NCBI GenBank assembly: GCA_964448845.1
Contig: CAYUXJ010000001.1
Coordinates: 19,938-83,937 of the forward strand
From: an uncultured Sediminibacterium sp.
Lineage (GTDB): Bacteria; Bacteroidota; Bacteroidia; Chitinophagales; Chitinophagaceae
Length of the DNA: 64,000 bases
Reading direction: 5' to 3'
Positions 55,943-64,000 of the stretch are shown here, piece after piece. Each line of letters begins with the position of its first letter. The first letter of the stretch is position 1. Under the pieces are notes generated by a model that worked only from the letters and a program-made list of their open reading frames with translations, ran no database searches and was not told the DNA's origin. Made by a program: the position numbers and the translations under genes.

Positions 55943-58423
55943 ATGGCTAATTCCGCAAAAAAGAAAAAAGCGCCTCCGGCGGCTGATCCTGCTGAATTTA
56001 CACCCGATGCTGAGCAAAAAGTTTCGGTACAGGAAGTCATGCAGGATGAAAGAACCATCAAAATAACCGGCGTAGTTTTTCTATTGGTAGCTGCCTTTCT
56101 ACTGGTAGCATTTACTTCTTATTTATTTACCTGGCAACAAGATCAGGATAAACTGTTTCAGTTTGGCATCCGGGTATTTACCATGAGTAAACTGCGCATG
56201 GATAATCAGCTGGGAGTGCTGGGTGCTTTCATTTCGCATCAGATCATTTATAATGGATTTGGTCTGGCTGCTTACTTTTTATGTACTACTTTTTTCGTGC
56301 TGGGTGTTAACCTGCTTTTCGACCGAAAAGTGTTTAGTCTGGCGACTAATTTAAAATATGTGGTTACCGGACTCATCGTATTTAGTCTTGCCTTCAGCTT
56401 CTTTTTACCTGCGAATGGTTTTCCGTGGGGTGGTGCTGCCGGCGATTGGATGAATCAATGGGTAACCGGCTGGTTGGGAAACCTGGGAACCGGTATATTA
56501 CTTGCGGCCGTTTGTTTTGTCTCCGTCATTTGGTGGTTCAACCCATCTTTTCGTTGGTCGGCGAAAAAAACCATTACACCCGCAGTAGCTGATGAGCCGG
56601 CATTGCAGGAAGAGTGGAAGGCCCCGGAAGATGATGAGCAACCCATTTATCGTCAATGGGATGCTGATACAAATCCCCTTGAAGGAGCTCGTCTAACCAT
56701 TCATGATGATGTGAAGCAGCCTGTTCAGCCTATGTTAGTAACAACAGCTGATACGATGGAGATCGAATCATCGGAAGAACTAGCCCCCGAGCCTTATCTC
56801 ATGGAAAAGCCGCTGGCTGCAGCTGCCAAAACAGATGAGGGTGCTGATTTATCGCTGGAAATAAAAGAAACGCCCGCCGAAACTGCAACGAATAAAACAG
56901 GTTCAGCCAGTAAGAGCTTGGCTGCTTATGATGTTACCCTTGACCTGAAGAATTATAAATATCCTTCACTGTCACTCCTTGAGCAACATGGCAGTGAAAA
57001 AATCGTACACGATCCGCAGGAACTGGAGAGCAACAAAAATCAAATCATCGCCACGCTGAAGAACTATGATATTTCCATTCAGCGCATCGCTGCAACTGTG
57101 GGGCCCACCGTAACGCTGTATGAGATTGTTCCCGCTCCGGGTGTTCGCATCAGCCGCATCAAGAACCTGGAAGATGATATCGCACTAAGTCTGGCGGCAC
57201 TCGGAATTCGCATCATAGCGCCTATTCCCGGAAAAGGAACCATTGGTATAGAAGTTCCCAATGTGCGAAAATCGGTCGTAAGCATGAAAACCTTGCTGGC
57301 ATCCGATAAGTTCCAGTCCAACGCCCATTCCCTGCCCATTGCCATTGGCAAAAAGATCGATAATGAAAATTTCATTTTAGACCTGGCCAATATGCCACAC
57401 CTGCTGATGGCCGGTGCGACAGGGCAAGGTAAATCGGTTGGTATCAATGCCTTACTGGTATCGCTCTTATTTAAGAAGCATCCATCACAGCTCAAACTAG
57501 TATTGGTAGATCCTAAAAAGGTAGAACTAAGTTTATACCGGGTTATCGAAAAACATTTTCTTGCCAAATTACCCGGAGAGGAAGAAGCCATCATTACAGA
57601 TATCAAGAAGGTCGTTCATACACTCAATGCCCTTTGTATTGAAATGGACAACCGCTATGATCTGCTGAAAGAAGCGGGTTGTCGCAATATTCGTGAGTAC
57701 AATGAAAAGTTTACTGAAAGAAAACTCAATCCGTTAAAAGGTCACCAATATCTTCCCTTCATCGTATTGGTGATTGATGAGTTTGCCGATCTGATTATGA
57801 CAGCAGGAAAGGAGATCGAGCTGCCTATTGCTCGATTAGCTCAACTTGCCCGTGCTATTGGAATTCATTTGATCATCGCAACCCAGCGACCCTCTGTTAA
57901 CATTATCACCGGTACCATCAAAGCCAATTTCCCTGCGCGTATTGCCTTTAAGGTTTCCAGCAAAATCGATAGCCGAACAATTCTTGATATCGGGGGTGCT
58001 GAGCAACTGATCGGAAAAGGTGATATGCTGATCAGTTATGGTGGTGAGCTTACCCGCTTGCAATGTGCTTTTGTCGATACACCCGAGGTGGAAAAGATTT
58101 GCGACTTCATTCAGCGGCAGCCCGGATATCCCGAAGCCTTCCGCTTACCTGAATACGTAGATGAAAAAGAGCTGGAAGGAAAGGATTTCGATGTTAATAA
58201 CCGTGACCCATTGTTTGAAGAAGCTGCCCGTCTCATCGTGACCAGTCAAATGGGATCAACATCGCTGATTCAAAGAAGGATGAAGCTCGGGTATAACCGG
58301 GCGGGACGCCTGATGGATCAATTAGAGGCAGCCGGCATAGTGGGTGCCAACCAGGGTAGCAAGGCAAGGGAAGTCTTGTTTAAGACCGAGGCAGAATTGC
58401 TGCAGTTTCTACAACAATTCTGA
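55943..58423 (+). CDS. ftsK: DNA translocase FtsK
   Basis: N-terminal TM helices and an acidic/Pro-rich linker. Motor domain with Walker A GATGQGKS and Walker B VLVIDEFADL. C-terminal winged-helix gamma domain (SLIQRRMKLGYNRAGRLMDQLE). Confidence 0.93.
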   Translation: MANSAKKKKAPPAADPAEFTPDAEQKVSVQEVMQDERTIKITGVVFLLVAAFLLVAFTSYLFTWQQDQDKLFQFGIRVFTMSKLRMDNQLGVLGAFISHQIIYNGFGLAAYFLCTTFFVLGVNLLFDRKVFSLATNLKYVVTGLIVFSLAFSFFLPANGFPWGGAAGDWMNQWVTGWLGNLGTGILLAAVCFVSVIWWFNPSFRWSAKKTITPAVADEPALQEEWKAPEDDEQPIYRQWDADTNPLEGARLTIHDDVKQPVQPMLVTTADTMEIESSEELAPEPYLMEKPLAAAAKTDEGADLSLEIKETPAETATNKTGSASKSLAAYDVTLDLKNYKYPSLSLLEQHGSEKIVHDPQELESNKNQIIATLKNYDISIQRIAATVGPTVTLYEIVPAPGVRISRIKNLEDDIALSLAALGIRIIAPIPGKGTIGIEVPNVRKSVVSMKTLLASDKFQSNAHSLPIAIGKKIDNENFILDLANMPHLLMAGATGQGKSVGINALLVSLLFKKHPSQLKLVLVDPKKVELSLYRVIEKHFLAKLPGEEEAIITDIKKVVHTLNALCIEMDNRYDLLKEAGCRNIREYNEKFTERKLNPLKGHQYLPFIVLVIDEFADLIMTAGKEIELPIARLAQLARAIGIHLIIATQRPSVNIITGTIKANFPARIAFKVSSKIDSRTILDIGGAEQLIGKGDMLISYGGELTRLQCAFVDTPEVEKICDFIQRQPGYPEAFRLPEYVDEKELEGKDFDVNNRDPLFEEAARLIVTSQMGSTSLIQRRMKLGYNRAGRLMDQLEAAGIVGANQGSKAREVLFKTEAELLQFLQQF

Positions 58424-58483
58424 TTTTCGATGGACTCAAAACCATATTTTACCGAATTCTTTCATTCGGGAAAGCAGATAGCT

Positions 58484-58491
58484 TATCTTTG
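58484..58491 (+). promoter_or_regulatory. -7 box TAtcTTTG upstream of lolA-like gene
   Basis: Exact TAnnTTTG, 23 nt upstream of ATG 58514. Confidence 0.4.
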
Positions 58492-58513
58492 TGCACTTTA
58501 AAAATCAACCTGC

Positions 58514-59140
58514 ATGAATGCCCGATTGCTGCTGCTGATTATTAGCTTTTACTCGCTGTCTGTATCCGCACAAAATGACCCGGCTGCCAAAAAAGTATTG
58601 GATGGGGTAGGTGCCAAGGTAAAAGCAGCTAAAGGAATCGTTGCCAATTGTCAACTCATTTCTATCACCAGCAAGGGAAAGCAAACGGGAACGAAATCGA
58701 TCTCTGTTTCGATGAAGGGTGAAAAATACGTGGTGAAACAAGGAAAACTTGAAGTTATCTGTGATGGTCAGAATGTGTATAGTTTTGATGGTGAAAAGAC
58801 CATCACCAAGACATCGGTAGCGGAGAGTAATAATTCCCTCAACCCGCAAAAACTGTTGTCGGGTGCTTATGACAAAGACTTCACATATAAGTTACTGCCT
58901 ACGCCCGGTAATTTCCATGAAATAGAAATGAAACCGCTCGATGCCCGTAAAAGCTTTGCCAAGGTGAATCTTTTCATCGATAAAGCCAAGAGCAGCATTG
59001 CCAGGGCACGTATCCTTGATAAGAGCAACAATGTGACAGAACTAAAGATTCTAAACATGAATTTCAATGCTCCATTGACTGAGAGCAGCTTTGTTTTCAA
59101 CAAGGCAAAATATCCCAAAGACGTAGAAATTCTCGATTAA
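58514..59140 (+). CDS. lolA: Outer-membrane lipoprotein carrier protein LolA-like
   Basis: Signal peptide, 208 aa, immediately after ftsK (a conserved ftsK-lolA neighbourhood). Sequence similarity was judged only loosely. Confidence 0.6.
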   Translation: MNARLLLLIISFYSLSVSAQNDPAAKKVLDGVGAKVKAAKGIVANCQLISITSKGKQTGTKSISVSMKGEKYVVKQGKLEVICDGQNVYSFDGEKTITKTSVAESNNSLNPQKLLSGAYDKDFTYKLLPTPGNFHEIEMKPLDARKSFAKVNLFIDKAKSSIARARILDKSNNVTELKILNMNFNAPLTESSFVFNKAKYPKDVEILD

Positions 59141-59146
59141 TCTCTT

Positions 59147-60052
59147 TTATCGTATCAGGAAAGTAACTCCCTCTAGCGCCAGTTCGGTGGAGGGGAATAT
59201 GGCGCATGCTTCCTGCAGCAGCGGTTCAATTTGTTCATACTTACTGCTGAAATGTCCAATCAATAAGCGTTCTACACCAGCAGCTGCTGCCAGCATGCCT
59301 GCCTGTTGTGCTGTACTGTGAAATCGTATGTATGCTTTATCAGCCACATCATGCAGATAAGTAGCTTCATGGTATAGTAAACGAACGCCCTGTACCATTG
59401 TAGCCAGTTCTGGCAGATAGCGGGTATCAGCACAATAGGCATAAGAGGCTGGCACTCCTGCTGAGGTGGTAACCAATTCATTGTTCACTATGTTCCCAGA
59501 GGGTAATGTATAATCTTCGCCACGCTGTAACTGGGGGAAGAAGGCGGCTGGTATCGAATGTGCCACAGCCTGCGCCTTGTGTACCCGCCGGGGTAACTTG
59601 TGCTCATCAATACGACAGCCCCAGCAAGCTATGCGGTGTTCAACCGGGAAACAACGGAGGCTAAAATGACGGCTTTCCAGCAAAATACCCGGTTGCTCCA
59701 TGATAACATAGGTGATGGGATACGGGAGTTGTATGTCTGCCGCATCTAACTGAATTTGTATGATCTCTGGTAATCCTGCGGGACAAAATATCGTTATTTC
59801 CTGTTTTCTACTGAGGAGTCCCATGCTGGTCAATAAGCCAATTAACCCAAAATAGTGATCACCATGCAGGTGCGAAATGAATATATAGTTTATTTTGCTT
59901 ATACGGACTTTATACCTTGATAGCTGCATTTGCGTACCTTCACCACAGTCGATCAGGAGTAGTTGATCATTGAGTGTCAACACCTGAGCGGTAGGGTGAC
60001 GACCGTAAACCGGAAGGGCAGAATTATTTCCTAAGATAGTGACGGCGAACAT
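59147..60052 (-). CDS. rnz: Ribonuclease Z
   Basis: MBL motif ISHLHGDH, GEGTQ, C-terminal ...LLIGHFS; 301 aa. Confidence 0.9.
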   Translation of the reverse strand: MFAVTILGNNSALPVYGRHPTAQVLTLNDQLLLIDCGEGTQMQLSRYKVRISKINYIFISHLHGDHYFGLIGLLTSMGLLSRKQEITIFCPAGLPEIIQIQLDAADIQLPYPITYVIMEQPGILLESRHFSLRCFPVEHRIACWGCRIDEHKLPRRVHKAQAVAHSIPAAFFPQLQRGEDYTLPSGNIVNNELVTTSAGVPASYAYCADTRYLPELATMVQGVRLLYHEATYLHDVADKAYIRFHSTAQQAGMLAAAAGVERLLIGHFSSKYEQIEPLLQEACAIFPSTELALEGVTFLIR

Positions 60053-60204
60053 ACGGAGAACAATAGGTGCGGCAATTGGTTTTTCTTATGACAACCGGAA
60101 AAGGATTTAGCTGCTTGTCTGGGGGGTAGAAAAGCAGTTTTTGGCTTGATTTTCACTAAAATACATGAAAAAAAAAGGATTGAGATATTTTCAGGATAAA
60201 TCTG

Positions 60205-60212
60205 TAACTTTG
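60205..60212 (+). promoter_or_regulatory. -7 box TAacTTTG upstream of rpsO
   Basis: Exact TAnnTTTG, 50 nt upstream of ATG 60262, with TTG at 60180-60182 as a possible -33 element. Confidence 0.45.
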
Positions 60213-60261
60213 CACCCGAATAAAAACAGAAAAATTTACCGGAGTCTTTAAATTTTTACAG

Positions 60262-60534
60262 ATGTCTCAATTAACCATTGAAAAAAAGCAAGCCAATTTC
60301 ACCCAATACGGCGGAAGTGCAACCAATACAGGTTCCGTAGAGGCGCAAGTGGCCAACATTACTGACAGAATCTCGCAGATTTCTAGTCATCTGCAAGCCA
60401 ACAAACACGACCATTCAACTCAGCGTGGACTGATGCGTTTGGTTGGTCAGCGTAAACGACTGCTTACTTACCTGCAAAAGCACAACCTGCAGGGTTACCG
60501 CGCATTGATCGAGAAGCTGGGATTAAGAAAATAA
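60262..60534 (+). CDS. rpsO: 30S ribosomal protein S15
   Basis: 90 aa; TGSVEAQVANITDRISQISSHLQANKHDHSTQRGLMRLVGQRKRLLTYL is S15-like. Confidence 0.95.
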   Translation: MSQLTIEKKQANFTQYGGSATNTGSVEAQVANITDRISQISSHLQANKHDHSTQRGLMRLVGQRKRLLTYLQKHNLQGYRALIEKLGLRK

Positions 60535-60560
60535 TTCTGTCCCCGACAGCATTTGTTTTT

Positions 60561-60600
60561 CCCAACTGAGGATCTGTTCCGGTTGGGTTCTTTTGCTTTC
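60561..60600 (+). terminator. Hairpin plus T-rich tract between rpsO and pnp (terminator/attenuator, likely pnp leader processing site)
   Basis: CCCAAC (60561-60566) pairs with GTTGGG (60582-60587), followed by TTCTTTTGCTTTC. Confidence 0.5.
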
Positions 60601-60680
60601 ATACACTCAGTTTACCCCTATTTACGCTGTGACAGCACTTGGTAAGTGCCGTACCTTATTTATCTTTTTAAAATTGAATT

Positions 60681-62852
60681 ATGTTATCACAAAAAATAAA
60701 CGTTGACTTTCAGCACGAAGGTCTACCAACGATCACACTCGGCACAGGAAAACTGGCTCGCCAGGCGGATGGAGCCGTAACGGTTAGCCAGGGGAATTGC
60801 ATCCTCTTGGCAACTGTAGTAGCCAATAAAGACCCCAAGGAGGGACAGGAATTCTTTCCACTGAGTGTCGACTACCAGGAGAAATTTGCTTCTGCCGGAA
60901 GAATTCCCGGTTCATTTTTCAAACGTGAAGCGCGTTTGAACGACTATGAGATTCTCACCAGCCGTTTAATTGACCGTGCCCTACGCCCTTTATTCCCTGA
61001 AGATTATTTCTGCGATGTACAGGTATTGATCAGCCTCGTTTCCAGTGATCCTGAGATCATGCCTGATAGCTTGGCTTGTCTGGCTGCATCTGCTGCACTG
61101 GCAGTCTCTGATATTCCTATTAAGGAGATCATCAGCGAAGTGCGCATCGCCCGTATCAATGGAAACTTTGTGATCAATCCTACCCGTAGCCAGTTAGCAA
61201 CGGCTGACATGGACTTTATGATTGCTGCTACAGACAAGAACCTGATGATGGTGGAAGGTGAAGCCAAAGAGTGTTCCGAAGCTGATTTAGTGAAAGCACT
61301 TGGGATGGCTCATGATGCGATTCGCATACAGATTAAAGCGCAGGAAGACCTTCGTCGTCAGGCAGGTGTTACCGGCAAAAGAGATTATAAAAAACCGGAA
61401 TCAGATGCTGAAATACATCAGCAGGTAGTTGATTTCTGCCGCCAGCGTATTTATGATATCGCCCGCAAAGGTTCTTCCAAGTATGAGCGCAGCGAGGCTT
61501 TCAGCCTGCTGAAAGATGAGTTGATCGTTCACCTGGGTGATGCCATCACCGATCTGCAAAAGAAACTTGCTAAGAAGTATTTCGAAGACCTGAAATGGGA
61601 AGTTGTGCGTAATATGATGCTCGATGACCGGATTCGTCTCGATGGCAGAAACCTCGATGAAGTACGTGCTCTTGCTATGGAAACTGAACCACTGCCTTCT
61701 CCGCATGGTTCTGCGCTCTTTACCCGTGGTGAAACACAATCGCTGACCACTGTAACCTTTGGTACCAAACTCGATGAGTTGTTGGTTGAAAGTGCAGCTA
61801 AATCTGAATACACCCCTTTCCTGCTCCACTATAATTTCCCTCCTTTCTCGACAGGTGAGGTAAAAATGATGCGCGGTCCCGGCCGTCGTGAAGTAGGCCA
61901 TGGTAACCTGGCTCTCAGAAGTCTGAGGCAGATGATGCCCGGCGATGAGTATGCTTACACGGTTCGTGTTGTAAGTGATATCCTCGAAAGTAATGGATCA
62001 TCATCCATGGCGACCGTTTGTGCCGGATCACTGGCATTGATGGATGCAGGGGTACCCTTCAAAAAGCACGTTAGTGGCGTCGCTATGGGTCTGATCACAC
62101 GTGAAGATGGCAAATATGCTATCCTGACCGATATCCTCGGTGATGAAGATCACCTGGGTGATATGGATTTCAAAGTAACCGGTACCCGCGATGGTATTTG
62201 CGGTGTTCAAATGGATATAAAAGTAGATGGTCTCAGCATGGCTGTTATGATGGAAGCATTGGAGCAAGCCAGAAAAGGTCGTCTGCACATCCTCGATGCC
62301 ATGTATGTCTGCATACCGGAACACCGTCCGGATGTGAAGCCACACGCGCCTCGCATGATCAAATTGATCATAGATAAAGAATTCATCGGTGCCGTTATCG
62401 GACCCGGTGGAAAAGTAATCCAGGAAATTCAGCGCGAAACCGGAACTACCATCAACATTGAAGAAGTGGGCAATACCGGTGAAGTTAGCATCTTCTCTGC
62501 CAATCAGGAAAACCTCGACAAAGCCGTACGTTGGGTAAAGAGCATCACCGCTGTTCCCAATGTGGGTGATGTGTATGAAGGTCCTATAAAAGGCATCAAA
62601 GAATTCGGGGCATTCGTTGAATTTATGCCCGGTAAGCAAGGACTCCTTCACATCAGTGAAATCAGCTGGAAGCGTCTTGAGAATATGGATGGCATCTTCA
62701 AGGAGGGTGATATGGTAAAGGTTAAGCTCGTAGGTCTCGATCCTAAAACCGGTAAGTTTAAGCTCAGCCGCAAGGCCCTCATGCCCAAACCAGAATTCAA
62801 TAAGCCGCAAGGCAGACCGGAAGATGGAACTGGGGCAGGAGAGGAAGCTTAA
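60681..62852 (+). CDS. pnp: Polyribonucleotide nucleotidyltransferase (PNPase)
   Basis: Two RNase PH domains (NGSSSMATVCAGSLALMDAGVP, DHLGDMDFKVTGT), a KH domain (GPGGKVIQEIQ) and an S1 domain (FGAFVEF...GLLHISE). Confidence 0.97.
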   Translation: MLSQKINVDFQHEGLPTITLGTGKLARQADGAVTVSQGNCILLATVVANKDPKEGQEFFPLSVDYQEKFASAGRIPGSFFKREARLNDYEILTSRLIDRALRPLFPEDYFCDVQVLISLVSSDPEIMPDSLACLAASAALAVSDIPIKEIISEVRIARINGNFVINPTRSQLATADMDFMIAATDKNLMMVEGEAKECSEADLVKALGMAHDAIRIQIKAQEDLRRQAGVTGKRDYKKPESDAEIHQQVVDFCRQRIYDIARKGSSKYERSEAFSLLKDELIVHLGDAITDLQKKLAKKYFEDLKWEVVRNMMLDDRIRLDGRNLDEVRALAMETEPLPSPHGSALFTRGETQSLTTVTFGTKLDELLVESAAKSEYTPFLLHYNFPPFSTGEVKMMRGPGRREVGHGNLALRSLRQMMPGDEYAYTVRVVSDILESNGSSSMATVCAGSLALMDAGVPFKKHVSGVAMGLITREDGKYAILTDILGDEDHLGDMDFKVTGTRDGICGVQMDIKVDGLSMAVMMEALEQARKGRLHILDAMYVCIPEHRPDVKPHAPRMIKLIIDKEFIGAVIGPGGKVIQEIQRETGTTINIEEVGNTGEVSIFSANQENLDKAVRWVKSITAVPNVGDVYEGPIKGIKEFGAFVEFMPGKQGLLHISEISWKRLENMDGIFKEGDMVKVKLVGLDPKTGKFKLSRKALMPKPEFNKPQGRPEDGTGAGEEA

Positions 62853-62884
62853 TTTTCTATCCCAGCTTCGCCAATCATTTACAC

Positions 62885-63703
62885 ATGGAGCAGCCCGTGC
62901 AATCCGTTCGCATCAACTTGTCACCCGAACGACAGGAGGTGCTGATAGCTTTATTATGTGAACTTGGTTATGATGGATTTGAACAAGCAGACGACCACCT
63001 CATTGCCTATATTCCTACGACTGATTTTGATTCGTACGAACTCAATCAATTATTGAATTTACATCAGCTAACTGCTTCATTATCAGTTATCGAAAAGACT
63101 AACTGGAATGCTGTTTGGGAGCAGAATTTTCAACCGATACAGTTGGGAAATCAAATCGGAGTACGGGCACATTTTCATCCCCCCATGCCCGGTGTTACAC
63201 ATGAATTGATCATTACACCCCAAATGAGTTTTGGCACAGGTCATCATGCCACTACCAGTCTACTATTGGAAGCCCTGCTCGAACTGCCTCTAAAAGATGC
63301 TGCGGTGTTAGATTTCGGTTCCGGCACAGGCATATTAGCCATACTGACACGGAAACTCGGTGCAGCCGAAGTACTGGCAATTGACAACGATCCATGGTGT
63401 ATTGAAAATGCAACGGACAATTGCCGCTTGAACAATGTACACATGGAAATACAATTATCTGAAGTACCTCCGGTAGGTAGACAATTCGATCTTGTCTTGG
63501 CTAATATCAATCTACACATCATTCAGGCGCATCTGAGCGCCTTGGTCAAGTGCCTCTATGCACATAGTACCCTGATGTTGAGTGGATTACTTGTATCTGA
63601 TGCTGCAATCGTTGATGCAGCCTGCAGCCAACTGGGTCTTGAAAAAATCAGCAGCCGGGAAAGAAACGGTTGGCTCGCCCTTTCCTATCGTCCCATGCTT
63701 TGA
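62885..63703 (+). CDS. prmA: Ribosomal protein L11 methyltransferase
   Basis: FGTGHHATT and the SAM motif VLDFGSGTGILA, then DNDPWC; 272 aa. Confidence 0.85.
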   Translation: MEQPVQSVRINLSPERQEVLIALLCELGYDGFEQADDHLIAYIPTTDFDSYELNQLLNLHQLTASLSVIEKTNWNAVWEQNFQPIQLGNQIGVRAHFHPPMPGVTHELIITPQMSFGTGHHATTSLLLEALLELPLKDAAVLDFGSGTGILAILTRKLGAAEVLAIDNDPWCIENATDNCRLNNVHMEIQLSEVPPVGRQFDLVLANINLHIIQAHLSALVKCLYAHSTLMLSGLLVSDAAIVDAACSQLGLEKISSRERNGWLALSYRPML

Positions 63704-63756
63704 TTTGGTAATAATTTCGTAACTTTACAAACACCCCCCATAATAATATATTCATT

Positions 63757-64000
63757 ATGAATGAGTTATTGTTAATATGTCTGTCCTACCTCATTGGTTC
63801 TATTCCAACCGCCGTATGGATTAGTCGTTCTATTCACGGCATCGATATTCGGGATTATGGCAGCGGTAATGCTGGGGCGACCAATACCTTTCGTGTTCTT
63901 GGTCCACGGTTAGGTTCTATCGTAATGCTCGTTGATGTGATCAAAGGTTTCGTTGGAACATCACTCTATATCTTGCTCCCTTTTTACATGACCAGCGAAT
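63757..64000 (+). CDS. plsY: Glycerol-3-phosphate acyltransferase PlsY (5' part, runs off the window)
   Basis: MNELLLICLSYLIGSIPTAVWISRSIHGIDIRDYGSGNAGATNTFRVLG contains the canonical GSGNxGATN motif. Confidence 0.85.
   Translation, partial: MNELLLICLSYLIGSIPTAVWISRSIHGIDIRDYGSGNAGATNTFRVLGPRLGSIVMLVDVIKGFVGTSLYILLPFYMTSE

Noticed and set aside
61401-62810. Antisense ORFs of 166 and 260 aa inside pnp, and a similar 187-aa ORF (48131-48694) opposite pyrF
   Set aside because: They lie opposite highly conserved housekeeping genes with unmistakable motifs. The antisense translations have no recognisable domains.

Overview
This is a 64-kb chromosomal window from a Bacteroidota genome. The phylum call rests on a SusC/SusD pair, recurrent TAnnTTTG -7 promoter boxes and a KA-rich histone-H1-like mini-gene. 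Gene content looks Chitinophagaceae/Sphingobacteriia-like, but that cannot be proven here.

The flanks are housekeeping. On the left are polX, rplU-rpmA, dxr and rseP. On the right are ppa, crcB, pyrF, kynU, a gcdH-like gene, aroK, ftsK, lolA, rnz, rpsO-pnp, prmA and plsY.

The centre (about 7.1-26.4 kb) looks more AT-rich and accessory, and is organised around the tmRNA gene ssrA (17594-17965).
- Left of ssrA lie a three-domain phosphoesterase with a SusC/SusD pair, a decayed 271-nt internal tmRNA fragment (15515-15785), and one orphan secreted-protein gene.
- Right of ssrA lies a sulfur-compound cluster: a YeeE/YedE pair, a TsdA-like dihaem cytochrome c, a SoxB-like metallophosphatase, a porin, TauE, and a CstB-like persulfide dioxygenase-rhodanese fusion. 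Its three promoter regions each carry a GTGA-N6-TCAC palindrome, and no local regulator gene is present.

I saw no CRISPR array, rRNA, tRNA, integrase, transposase or recognisable defence system.

The best leads are:
- the pseudo-ssrA / orphan gene / ssrA arrangement
- the palindrome-linked sulfur cluster
- the phosphoesterase-SusCD locus
- a 52-codon KA-repeat ORF missed by the ORF track

All functional calls come from motif recognition by eye. No searches were run.
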